The notes under the pieces were generated by a model that was given only the letters and a program-made list of their open reading frames with translations, did not search any database and was not told the DNA's origin. From positions 96,001 through 160,000 of the forward strand of contig CAWBWI010000003.1 of the NCBI GenBank assembly GCA_963792585.1: a stretch of 64,000 bases of DNA. The letters run 5' to 3'. A program made the position numbers and the translations under genes. Source of the stretch: Candidatus Eiseniibacteriota bacterium (lineage in GTDB: Bacteria > Eisenbacteria > RBG-16-71-46 > CAIMUX01 > VGJL01). Each line of letters starts with the position of its first letter. Position 1 is the stretch's first letter. Below are positions 38,943 through 49,704 of this stretch, piece by piece.

Positions 38943-38955
38943 GGGCCTCCGGGTC
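38943..38955 (+). repeat. 13-bp direct repeat GGGCCTCCGGGTC, right copy
   Basis: Exact match to 12762-12774; about 155 bp downstream of the drmMI stop. Confidence 0.6.
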
Positions 38956-39108
38956 TGGCCAACGCACGTGATCCTCATGCTCGCCGCGTTCATCGCGTGG
39001 CCAATGTACACCACGGCCGCAATAGTTTCCAGTCGAAGTCGCCCCTGCGAGCAAGCGTGCTTGTAACGCTTACCGGTCGCTTGTCGGGTTCCCAGATACC
39101 CGGGGCCT

Positions 39109-42100
39109 CTACAAGCCAAGGGAGCCCTCCCTTCCGTGGCCGGCCTTCTTGGTCAATCCTGCTCGGATGCGACCCTTGGGTAATTCAGGTCTTCGGATCA
39201 CAGGTGGAACTCCGTCGGTCGCCCTGTCGTGGTTGAGCATGAGCATGCGAGCGAGGATGTCGTCGCGGAGGGGGTCGGGCCAGCGATAGCGCCAGGGCTT
39301 CTTGCGGGTGCGGGTGGGGGGGGTGTCGTCGTCGTCGGGGTCGTCGTCTTCGTAGTCGAGGAGGAACTCGCAAGTGGGCTGGAAATCGGTCCAGCCGTAG
39401 GCGTCGAGGACGGCGCGGTCCATGGCGGCGTGGAGCTCGCGAAGTTTCAGAATGTCAGGCGAGGTTTCGTCGGGGTCGTGGAAACGGTTGTAGGTCTTGG
39501 TGAGGCCTTCGTTGTTGCGAACCATGAGGACGGCGCGGAACTCGTAGTAGGCGCGGCCGGCGGTTTCGAGTGCAGCGTTCGCCTCATAGTCGGGCGGGAA
39601 GGGGAAGGTCTCGAAGCAGTCGGTTGGGGTATACGCAAGATCGTCTTTCAGAGTAGAGCTGAATGTCCTTGCCCACGTCTCGTGTATCCGGCTTTGGAGC
39701 AGACAGAAGGTGCCCATGGTCTTGGAGGCAACAACATTGAGTTTGTTGCTGAAGACTCGGCGGGAGGGCAGGAAACAGAAGGAAAGATAGGGGCTATAGA
39801 GCGCGTTCACCAGCACCCGGTCCAAACCGCGAATGGCAACATGAAGCTCGCCTCGGGGTCGCCAGAATTGCCACCAGGGCCAGGCCGCAATCTCCCTAGA
39901 CTTTGTTGCACGATCCGGCCTCACTCGCTCCTGCAGGATCGCATAGAGGTCGGGCCATGATCTTGCTTCTTGCTCCGCGATTTCCCCAAAGTTAATGACG
40001 TACCGGTGATGCGCATGCGTGGGGCTCTCGTTGACTTCCTCGCCGCCGATAAAGGGGAATATGCGCTCGGAATTCCGTGGGTCCTTTGCAATCAGGCGGT
40101 GCATCTCAGCAATCGGGGAGGCGAGACCCTTCTTGTCGGTGTCATCGAAGGTGAACCCCATACCGAGGACGATGCTCCCCTGGAAGCTCTTCCCGGCATT
40201 CTCGGTCAGGCGAGCAGGATCGTCGTGCCCTCTCCCGTGCAGCAGAAAAGCAGTGATTGTCGGGACGCTCCGCCCGTCCAGATCGAACGGCCCCGAGATA
40301 ACACCTCTACCGATGTGCACGATGCTGACTACTACCGCAGCCTCACCCGACCACTTGTACCGTCGTCGGGCGGCAAAGATGGTCCCGCCATGAGTACAAA
40401 TCCACCGAAGGCCGGTTGCGCGCGTGTCGCCCTGTGCGAGTGTGTTCGTCGCGAGCAACCCAAGAGTCCCAAGGGAGCGGAGGTTGAGAAAGACTCGACG
40501 AAAGAAGTGGGCGACGAGATCTGATCCGCCCGAAGACCCTTCATGTGCGGTCTGCAGCCAGTTCGAGTATTCCTCGCCGTGGTTGGTAGTGATGCTTCGC
40601 CCGCCTAGAAACGGCGGATTCCCCACCACCGCATCGAACCCCTGGTTCTCCCGCCCGAACACCTCGGGGAACTCGATCTCCCAGTGGAAGGGTACGATTG
40701 GCCTCTCTTGCTCGCGCAGGCCCTGCGCGAAGCCGTGCAGCTCCTCGAAACCACGATCATCCGCGAGCCACCGGTTGACCTTCGTCGCGAACTCCGCCCG
40801 CCTTGCCTCGCGGTCCCGATCCTTCTCTCCCGAGAAGAAGGCTGCGACGACGAGATCGCCGATCAGCGTCACCTCGTCCACGGCGTCCACAGCATGCGTG
40901 TGCAGGATTCGCAGCTCCGCCTCGGGGGCATCGTCGCCGGCCGACTGAATCTGCCTCCTCAGCTCCGCGGCCTTCTCCAGCCGCTCGCGGATCAGCTTCT
41001 CAACCGTCTCGAGCTGCGCACCCTCCTTCCAATGGAATGACTCGATCTGCCGGCGGGTGAGGCCGACGAGCGAATCGCCATGCCGCAGGGCATGGTCGAG
41101 GAACGTGAAAGCATGATCCTTCGCGAGTGTCGCGAGCCAGAGCGAGAGCTTGGCCAGATCCACGGCGAGCGGGTTCTTGTCCACCCCGTACAGGCAGCGC
41201 TGCGCGATCAGGCGGCGGGCGTGGAGGACTTCGTCCTCGTCTGCGGGGATGCGCGGCACGCGGCCGTGCGTATACCAAGCGCGGATCAGCACATCGGCGA
41301 GCTGACGGCAGGCTTCCACGAGGAACGCGCCGGAGCCCATTGCGGGGTCGCAGACCTTCAGATCCAGCACCTGCTCGGGAGTGGGGTTCGTCCCCAGCCG
41401 CTCGAGGATCGGCCGCAGGGTCGTTCGCACGATCGGCTCGGTCAACGAGCGGGGCGTGTAGTGCGACCCCGACCGTCGCCGCTCGTCGCTCGGCTGGAGG
41501 ATCATGTCACCCCGCGGGACGATGTTCGGCGTGGCGTCGCGGGCGATCAGCTTCTCCAGCGCGGCGGCGAGGTCCTCCGGCGTCGTCGCCCGCTTGAGCG
41601 CATCGGCAGCCTTGCCGGTCGCGTCGCGGTCGCTCTCCTCGCGCAGGCGCTTGCCCCGGTCCTCCTGTCGCGCGGCGAGGAGGGCGTCCAGGTCGATCGT
41701 GATCGGCGCACCGTGGCGCTTCTTCGAGCGCACGGCGATCGAGCGGCCGCGCGCGACGCGTAGGTGGAATCCCATCATCGCTTCGTAGACCGAGCCGATC
41801 TGCTCGACGTCGAGGCTGCGGTAGCTGATCCGCTCGCCGTCCAGGATCAGGAGGTTCTGCAGGATCCGGTAGACGACGCCATCGGCGACCATCGGCGGGT
41901 CGATCCGCTCGTGCAGGACCCGGCCGATCCGCCACGAGCGTCCTTCGAGGAAGTTGAACCGGTTGGGGTCAAAGAGGCCGCCGTGACGTGGGGGCAGCTC
42001 AAGGCCGCCATGGTGCGCGCCGTCGTGGACGAGGCGGAAGAGGGTCAGGATCTGCGCCCAGGCGCCGAAGCGCTGGTCCATCGTGTCGGGATGCGCTCCG

Positions 42101-43118
42101 GCGTCGGCGCGCAGGCGCTCGAAGAGGCCGGTCACCGCGTAGTGGTTCGCGTAGACCGGATCGGTCGAGATGAGGTCGCGGTCCTCGGCGTAGAGGAGGA
42201 AGACCAGGCGCAGGAGGACCGTGAGGAGTCCCGCGTAGACGTGGTCGGGATCGTCGCGGAGGACGTCGCGGAGCAGCTCGCCGCGGCGGTGCGCGTCGGC
42301 CGCCTGGAAGCCGCGCACGAGTTCGTAGAGGGCGGCGAGGACCTGCTGCGCCAGGCGCGTCGAGACGAGGTTCTGGTACTTGCGGCTCTCGATGAGGATC
42401 GCGGGGAGGCGCTGCCTGTCCGGAAGCGTGAAGAGGCGCTCGGCCGAGAGGAGCATGTGGAGCGCCGCAAAGATCGGGCGGCCCGCGACCTCGGCCATGT
42501 CTTAATGTGGAACGTGGCGTAGCCCGAGGACTCGCCGCGCGGGGCGTAGACGAGGCGGAGGCTCGTCGCGTTGGAGAGCAGGCCGATCGGGACCTGCGTC
42601 TCGCGCAGAAGGCGCTCCAGACGCGCCTGCGGGGAGGCCTGCCAGCGGCGATCGTTGTCGGTGGCGAGGGGGGAGTCGAGGTCGGTGGCGGGGGCGGTTT
42701 GCATGATGAGGAGCTGGTAGGGGGGCGGAGCTTTGCCTTCCAACGCGCTGGCCGACGTCGCCCCGCCGGGCCTCGGAACGGCAAACGTTGGCCGCAGCGT
42801 CTCACCGTACTCGGGGAGCGCGACCTCCAGTCTGTCGGGGAGCTCCGGGCCACCCGGGCCACCCGCGATGTCGCTCGCGCGCCAGCCGAGGACGTCATGC
42901 AGGAAGCGCGGGAGGTCGGCGATGCCCGGCAAGCGGTTGCCGTCGACCTCAATCTGCGTCAGCGCCTCGGTGAACCGCTTGTGCTCGGGGATGATGTTAC
43001 GGTTGACGAACGCGCCGCAGTCGGCCAGAGCGGGGGCCGAGACAAGCAGGCCCGTCGGCTGGACGTAGCCGATCCACTCCAGGTGGAAGCCGAATTCACC
43101 AGTACCAATCACGCTCAT
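39109..43118 (-). CDS. drmMI: DISARM N6-adenine DNA methyltransferase DrmMI, one frameshift near 42500
   Basis: ORFs 42132-43118 (HLEWIGYVQP) and 39109-42498 join at AAG-AC-ATG (one base missing). SGSHYTP, motif I DPAMGSGAFL, motif IV NPPF, C-terminal DCFETFPFP and WRYRWPD. Confidence 0.88.
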
Positions 43119-43262
43119 TCTAGGAACACTATCCCTAGCATCTCTGCACTTACCCCCGGAGCTTGCGCTGTCCCTCCACTACCCGAAGTGTGTGAAGGAC
43201 CTTCGATTCTGTGAACATCCAACGCGTAATCTATTTCCCCCTGAGGATCGTTTGTCCCAGCC

Positions 43263-44798
43263 TCATGGCGTCTCCTTCTGCCACCGCACCCAATAGTCTG
43301 GACCCAGGGGTAGCGCGGATGGATATACAAGTCGCCTGTGGTAAGCGGCGTACAAGACGGTGCACCATCTATCAATGAACTTTGGAGTGTCCTCGTCATC
43401 GATCGTGGCGGGTCCCCATGCAAGCCGAATTGAATGAATGACTCGAGATACAGCTTGAGCTGCCAATTCGACCCGGTCGACCGCAAATGGAACATAAGCC
43501 ACCCTCTTACCTGCAGTGAAATAGGACACCTCTCGCCATCTAAATGCGCCATCCTCGGGGGTTGCGGAGTACCACAAATTGGCAGCCCATTCGTAGTGTG
43601 GCTCAGCCTGAACGACAAGAATGCGACCGCCAGCCGCTACGTCCCAGCCCGTTCCCAGAAACGCGCCCTCCTGAATGGGCATCCCCCCCAATAGGTAACT
43701 GACCCTCAGCATTGCGCTCCCCAGCCCTACGCTCACCGTATTGTGGCGCCTCAACTGCTCTCCCAAGTCATCATCGGCAATTGCTCCGAGTTGCGCTGTC
43801 GGTGCGGCACTCCTTATCGCATCAATTAGATCAAGATAGATCATCCCCAACAGTCCTAAACCCTCAGATGCAAGAGCGGATCGGGTTTGCCATTTTTCCG
43901 TCGCCGCAAGATTCGCAGCCTGCCTGGCAGCTTCCCGTTCGGCTTCGATCGCCCCAGCCATGGCAATGATCCTGGATCCAGTGACTTGGACCTCGGTTGT
44001 CGCCTGGTCCCGAATCTTCTCTAGCAACCCGATGATTCTGTCCCGAGTTGGACGGGTGTCCGGCTGTTTTCGCAACATCATGGAAATGAGCGTCCGCAGT
44101 TGAGGCGATGCCGTCGAGACTGGCGGCGGACTTGTCTTCAGGTGCTGATCCATGTAGCTCGCTTGATCCGGACCCGGGAAGGGAGGCGCTCCAGCAATCA
44201 TCGCGTGTGCCACGCAGCCAAGACTGTAGATGTCTGTGGAGTTAGTGGCACGCTGCAGAAGCCACTGCTCCGGTGCGGCATACGCTGGACTGAGACAGTC
44301 CTTCAAGGACCTGGCTGAAGTGGCATCTTCGACGAATCGCGCGATCCCAAAATCGCCGATCTTCCAGGAACCTTCATGGTGGAGGATATTCGGTGGCTTA
44401 AGATCTCGATGCACGAGATCTGCCACCTCACACAACCCACGCAGGACATCCAAGAGGACCCGAACGGCTTCCGTTTCTGCCAGGGGCCCATCCCTATCAA
44501 TCCTGTCCTGTAGCGATTCCAGGGCTCTCGGCATAACAACGAAGTACCGATCTGATCTCGAGTCTTGCCCTACGTCTAGGATCGGGAGAACGTGCGCGAG
44601 ATTCCTGCCCATTAATTCCTGTGCGATTCTGATTTCACGATGTGCGGCTTCTGATGCGTTCAAATGGAGTCGCTTGACGGCAACCTCCGGCCAGGACTCG
44701 TTTGATCCCAGGAAGACTTCTCCGAACCCACCAGCGGGTCCCAGGGGTTTGCTTGGATCAAAAACCCACACCCCGCCTTCAAGGGCAATCTCTACCAT
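43263..44798 (-). CDS. Hanks-type Ser/Thr protein kinase with unknown C-terminal domain
   Basis: GPAGGFGEV, VAVKRL, HRDLKPPNIL, DFG and APE motifs; no TM segment. Start re-called at ATG 44798. Confidence 0.9.
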   Translation of the reverse strand: MVEIALEGGVWVFDPSKPLGPAGGFGEVFLGSNESWPEVAVKRLHLNASEAAHREIRIAQELMGRNLAHVLPILDVGQDSRSDRYFVVMPRALESLQDRIDRDGPLAETEAVRVLLDVLRGLCEVADLVHRDLKPPNILHHEGSWKIGDFGIARFVEDATSARSLKDCLSPAYAAPEQWLLQRATNSTDIYSLGCVAHAMIAGAPPFPGPDQASYMDQHLKTSPPPVSTASPQLRTLISMMLRKQPDTRPTRDRIIGLLEKIRDQATTEVQVTGSRIIAMAGAIEAEREAARQAANLAATEKWQTRSALASEGLGLLGMIYLDLIDAIRSAAPTAQLGAIADDDLGEQLRRHNTVSVGLGSAMLRVSYLLGGMPIQEGAFLGTGWDVAAGGRILVVQAEPHYEWAANLWYSATPEDGAFRWREVSYFTAGKRVAYVPFAVDRVELAAQAVSRVIHSIRLAWGPATIDDEDTPKFIDRWCTVLYAAYHRRLVYPSALPLGPDYWVRWQKETP

Positions 44799-44866
44799 GT
44801 GCTCTTCCTTATATCGCGCGGACATCTACGTTGCCCCGCGCGAGCTCCAGAATCCGGAAAGGTACA

Positions 44867-47800
44867 TCACCCCGTCACCGGCCACAGATACACCAGCCCC
44901 ACCGGTTCAATCCTCGTCGCCTTCACCTCATAGAGTGCCTGGATGCGCGCCGGCTCTTCGCGCAGCTCCCGATCGATCGCCGTGAGCCTCTTATCCCAGT
45001 AACGCCGGTCGGACTCGAGCTGCCGGCGCTCTTCTTCCTCCTCCAATGCCAGGCGCTGCTGCGGGTCGTCGACCTTCTTCGCCGTCCCGGCGATTCGTGC
45101 GCGCTGCTCTTCCAGGATCTTCCGCATGGCGTCGGCCTCGCGCTTACCCCGGTCCGCCAGTTGCCGGCGCGCTTCCTCCGCCAGGGCCTCGGCGCGGGCG
45201 GTCAGGTGCGGAAGCAGATCCTCCACATCCTGCGGACCGCTTCCCTGCAGGTTCGATTGCACCGTGTTGGAGACCGCCTGGCTCGGTCCCGGCGCGAGGG
45301 CGTCTTCCAGCAGATCGAGCGTGATCGCCTCCGCATCGCGCTGGTAGGGCGTGAGCTGCCCCTTGCGTCGCTTCGCCTCGATCCAGCGGGAGGTGACGGG
45401 GATCAGCTCCTCGTGGAGCCGGGCGGCGTTGGGGCCGTACAGGCAGAGCCTCCCGAGCAGGATCACGCGCGGGATCGAGTCACGGGTCTGCACGAGGCAG
45501 GCGCGGGTCAGGTCGTTGTGGATGAAGCCCTGCGAGCGGAAGCGGCCCAGCAATCGCTGGACGACGCGGTGCTCGAGGTGCAGGTGGACGACGCTCTCGT
45601 CCATCGTCCCGGGGTCGGCGAAGACGATCGGGCGGATAGGCGAGCTGCTGCGCCACTCCCACTGCCGCTGGTCGCGCGGGCGCGGAGCGCGCAGGGCGTC
45701 GAGCGTGTCGGCCCAGGTGGGGTCGGCCCCCTGCGCCTGGTCGATCGCGGGGAATGTGAAACGCGGCTGGCGATCCTTGCCGCGGTCGACGGCCTTTTGC
45801 GCGGGGTCGGCCTCGCGCTCGAGCGGCGGCGCGCCCATGACCTCCAGCGCCGCTGAGATCGTCGCGCGGAAGGGATCCTCCTCCAGCCGGATCCAGTCTC
45901 TCGAGGCCGCGAGGAGGGTGCGGCAGCGTTCGATCTGCTCGCCGAGCTTCTCCTGGCGCTCGCGCGCCTCCTCGAGTTCCTGCGCGGTCACGCGGCGGCG
46001 TTCGTCGTCGACGGTCTGCTCCTCGACTTCGCGGGCGATCGCTTCGATCCGATCGTGGCCGATTCCGCGCTTCAGGAGATCGGCGATCCTCCCCTCGACG
46101 ACCTGGGAGACGCTGCCCAGCTCCTCCTTGTCGGTCTTGGTCTTCCGCACGAGCGACCTGGAGGACGCGATCCTCGGGCCGCTGCCGGTAGAAGAAGTAG
46201 TGGCAGAAGACCTCCGGCTCGGGCTGGAGCTTGCGGTCGATGCGGCCGTTACGCTGCTCCATCCGGCTCGGGTTCCACGGGACGTCGAAGTGGAAGAGGT
46301 TGTAGCAGTGGGTCTGGAGGTTGATCCCCTCGCGGGCGGCGTCGGTGGCGATCAGGATCCGCACCGGGTGCGCGCGGGGTCGCCGTTGAAGGCCCGCTTG
46401 ATCTCCTCGCGCTCGTCATCGGGCGTGGGGCCGTGGAAGACGGCGATCCGCTCATCGGCACGGTCGGTCCCGCCGATGGCCGCTGCGAGCTGCTCGCGTA
46501 GGTAACGCTTCGTGTCGTCGTACTCGGTGAAGATGAGGAGGCGCGTCTCGGTCCAGGGCGGCAAACGTTTGCCGGTCTCCGGTTGCCGGCCGGCCTGCGC
46601 GCGCCGGCCCGGCGGCGATCTCGGGCACATGTGCGCGCGGATCCAGTCGACGAGCAGGCGCACCCGCGCGTCGGGCAGGCCGCGCGCCGCCTCGGCGATC
46701 TCCGTCATCTCGTCGAGGAGCTTCTGCTCGCTGGGCGAAGAGGGCGCGAGCGTCGGTGGTCTCGGTCGGTCCGGCCGTGGCCGCGGTGGCGGCTTCGACC
46801 TGGGCGTCCTCTTCGGAGCGGATCTCCTCTTCGGAGAGGGCCGCGCGATCGTCGTCGCTGCCGACGGAGGCGTTGAGGAGGTCGAGGTCGGTGTCCCGGT
46901 CCAGGCCGGGGCCGCCTGGGCGGAATGAGCCGCTTGGCAGCCTCAGCCGCCTGCGCCGCCTCCCAGTGCCGCAGGACCGTCCTGCGGTGGACGCGCAGCG
47001 TGCGCGCGAACGCCTCGATGGACGAGAGGAGCCGCTGCTGGAGTCCCGAGATGAGGAGCATCGACTGCGGCCTGCTTGCGCTTCGTCTCGCTCGCGAGCC
47101 GCTGCTCGCGCAGGTGCGCGGTACTGGTCGAGCAGCGCCGAGAGGCGCAGTTCGGGGGCGTCGGCCGGCAGGCCGTCGATGTCGACCTGGACCACGTTGC
47201 GCTTGGGGAAGCCGCCCGAGATCTCGCGGATGTCCTCCTTCAGGCGGCGGACCATGACCTCGTCGCGCAGCTTCGCCTCGACGGGCACGCCGCGGCAGAA
47301 CCGCTGCGGGTCGAGGATCTCGAGCAGCGCCGAGAAGCTGTTCGAGTGGCCGTTGTGCGGCGTCGCGGAGAGGAAGAGCCGGTGCTCGAAGCGCGGGGCG
47401 AGGTCGCGGACGGCGCGGGTGATCTTCGAGTCGATCGCGTAGCGCCGCGCCGCTCGCGGGGGCGGCGTGGTGCGCCTCGTCGAGGATCAGGAGCGAGCCG
47501 GGGCGGAAGCTCGCCCAGCCAGTCGCGCAGCGGGCCGGCGTAGTCCTCGTCGATCAGCAGGCGGTGCGAGATCAGGAAGCGCGTGTGGGTCGTCCACGGG
47601 TTGATCGCCGAAGCCGCGCTCCTGGCGCACGCGGGCGATGTACTCCTTGTCGAGGACCTCGAAGATCAGCCCGAAGCGGTTCTCCAGCTCGTCCTGCCAC
47701 TGGTGGAGCATCGACGGCGGGCACGGCGACGACGATCTCGCGCACCTTCTTGCGCAGGAGCAGCTCGCGGGCGATCAGGCCGGCCTCGATCGTCTTGCCG

Positions 47801-48222
47801 AGCCCCACGTCGTCGGCGATGAAGAGGTTCACGCGGGGCAGCAGGAGCGCCTTGCGGAGCGGCTCGAGCTGGTAGGCGTCGATCCGGATGCCCGCGCGGA
47901 AGGGCGCCTGGAAGAGCTTCGGGTTCGTCGAGGTGACGCAGTTCCAGCGGAGCGTGTGGAGGTAGGCCGCGAAGAGCCGGGGCGGATCGAACCCGCGCTG
48001 GGCGAGGGAGTGCCAGGACTCGCCGGTCAGGATCTCGGGATCGACTTCCTTGTCCCAGAGGACTTCGAGGGGTTGGCCTTGCGCGTCGTCATCGATGCAG
48101 GAGAGGCGGACGAGGGTCGACTCTGCCGGGTCGGCCGGGCGGATGACCTCTTCGACGAGGTATTGCCGCTGGCGGACACGGACGATCTGGCCGACGCCCG
48201 GGGGCAAAGAAATCTGGGGCAA
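44867..48222 (-). CDS. drmD: DISARM SNF2-like helicase DrmD, about 10 frameshifts between 46150 and 47730 (assembly artefact or pseudogene)
   Basis: Fragments reassemble in order: GQIVRVRQR, IADDVGLGKT, ILDEAHH, FLSATPHNG, IFTEY, ATDAAREGINLQ, PWNPSRMEQRNGRIDR, C-terminal EPVGLVYLWP. Confidence 0.88.
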
Positions 48223-48317
48223 CGAGATGCCTCCACGTCTTCAGTTGCGGGCGCACTTCCAGCCCGCATGCACAGTCGTTGACCGACCCAGCCCCCAGGT
48301 CGGCACATGCGTAAGAA

Positions 48318-48346
48318 AGAATAGGGACTGTGGAGGGGCTCGTCAA
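48318..48346 (-). promoter_or_regulatory. Putative sigma70 promoter of drmD-kinase-drmMI
   Basis: TTGACG-N17-TATTCT on the minus strand, about 95 nt upstream of the drmD TTG start. Confidence 0.6.
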
Positions 48347-48376
48347 GGCGTGGTCTGGGCGGGGTGCGCTGTGCCG

Positions 48377-48456
48377 CGTGCCCTGCGCGGCCTGCTGGGT
48401 GGAGTGGCCTTGCGCGGCGTGCTGGGTGGAGTGCCTCCGCGCGTGCCTCGGCGGGG
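48377..48456. repeat. Degenerate 27-bp tandem repeat (about 3 units)
   Basis: CGTGCCCTGCGCGGCCTGCTGGGTGGA, then GTGGCCTTGCGCGGCGTGCTGGGTGGA, then a degenerate third unit. Confidence 0.6.
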
Positions 48457-48603
48457 TTCCCTGGCGTCGTGGTCCCGGCGCCCCATCCGTGGTAACTTCC
48501 GCCGTGATTCTGCGTAGGGCTGCTCACGGTTCGGCCGGCAGCGCCACCAGCGCCCTCAGATCCGGGCAGAATTCACTAAGCCCCTCGGGCAAGGAGGAAG
48601 ATT

Positions 48604-49704
48604 TTGCGGCATCCCCGATTCGAACGCCGTCCAATACACCGCTGCCTCGCAATATCAGTGGCTCTTCTTGCAGCCACGCTGGTCTGCCCAGGGGTCGTCG
48701 CCTTGGCGGGCGACACGCATCCCGCACCCCGCCTCCCCTCCCGCCCAACCCTGGCCGTCGAGGACACGATCCACGCCCTCGTCGCCGAGCCGTTGCCCGA
48801 GGTGGTCATCACGGCGCCCCGGCAGACGCTCGATGACATCCTCCGCCACGTGGCCGAGGGCGAGGCGTACCGGGACTCGATGATCGACGACCAGGCCTTC
48901 ACGCTCTTCATCCGCATGACGGGCCGTGACTCCAAGAAGGACGGCCTCGAGAAGAGCGAGCCGTACATCGAACTGGCGACGCGGATCTATCAAAAGCAGC
49001 CGGACAAGCAACGGACGGTCGTGCTGAGGGAGTGGTCCCGCTACGACAAGAAGGACGAGCAGGAGGAAACGGAAGGCGGGGAGATCGATATCCACGTCGG
49101 TGATGCGGGCGACGAGAAGCCGGGAGAGAAAGCCCCTGCCGACAAGGGTAGTCCCGGTGAGGGGCAAACAGACAATACCGGGAACTCGGATAAGGAAGAT
49201 CGCAAGACCGGTGTAAGCGTCTCCGTCAACTCCGGGATGGGAGAGCAGTTCGTCGCCTTCGCATTCGACCCGAAGACGCGCTCGCGCTTTCGCTTCCGGA
49301 TCGAGGATCGCAAGATCATCGGCGACCAGGTGATCTACGTGATCGCCTTTTCCCCGAAGTCACCGCTCGATGTCCTGCCGACGGGCCGCGCTTGGGTCAA
49401 CACCAATGACTTCGTCATCTTGCGGGAAGAGTTCGCCTACCGCGACCGCTCCCCGGCACCGCTTTTCATGGAGTCGCTCGATTCGTGCATCCTCGAACGG
49501 ACCCGGATCGACGGCCAGTACTGGGTCCTCTCGCGGATATTCGCGCGCGTGACCCTGACCGATCCGGTGCGCCTGATGGGGAAGATCGCGCGCACCAAGG
49601 TCCCGAAGGTCGCCGACTTCGCCGTGACCTGGAACGACTGGATCATCAACGGCGGCATCCCGGATTCGCTCTTCGCCCCGGCCGCGACGAAGGAGGCGAA
49701 ATGA
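48604..49704 (+). CDS. Exported protein resembling the N-terminal half of DUF5686-type outer-membrane proteins
   Basis: Signal peptide; LPEVVITA; FRFRIEDRKIIGDQVIYVIAFSPK...GRAWVNTNDF. Family call is tentative. Confidence 0.6.
   Translation: MRHPRFERRPIHRCLAISVALLAATLVCPGVVALAGDTHPAPRLPSRPTLAVEDTIHALVAEPLPEVVITAPRQTLDDILRHVAEGEAYRDSMIDDQAFTLFIRMTGRDSKKDGLEKSEPYIELATRIYQKQPDKQRTVVLREWSRYDKKDEQEETEGGEIDIHVGDAGDEKPGEKAPADKGSPGEGQTDNTGNSDKEDRKTGVSVSVNSGMGEQFVAFAFDPKTRSRFRFRIEDRKIIGDQVIYVIAFSPKSPLDVLPTGRAWVNTNDFVILREEFAYRDRSPAPLFMESLDSCILERTRIDGQYWVLSRIFARVTLTDPVRLMGKIARTKVPKVADFAVTWNDWIINGGIPDSLFAPAATKEAK

Noticed and set aside
38727..39236. ORFs 38727-39119, 38778-39236 and 38782-39054
   Set aside because: Low-complexity translations with no motifs; treated as intergenic.
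42490..42510. Programmed frameshift or two-gene organisation of drmMI
   Set aside because: No slippery heptamer or repeat tract; adding one G (AAG GAC ATG) restores a continuous protein, so a single-base error or mutation is simpler.
39109..48222. Interpreting SNF2 + MTase + kinase as BREX/Pgl or a stand-alone type IIG RM system
   Set aside because: No pglZ or brxC/pglY. The helicase and MTase have DrmD/DrmMI-type termini, and drmABC lie downstream in canonical order.
6653..48346. Calling the accessory region an ICE, prophage or transposon
   Set aside because: No integrase, transposase, conjugation or phage structural gene and no tRNA target was recognised.
48377..48456. Possible CRISPR array
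   Set aside because: Tandem degenerate units with no spacers.
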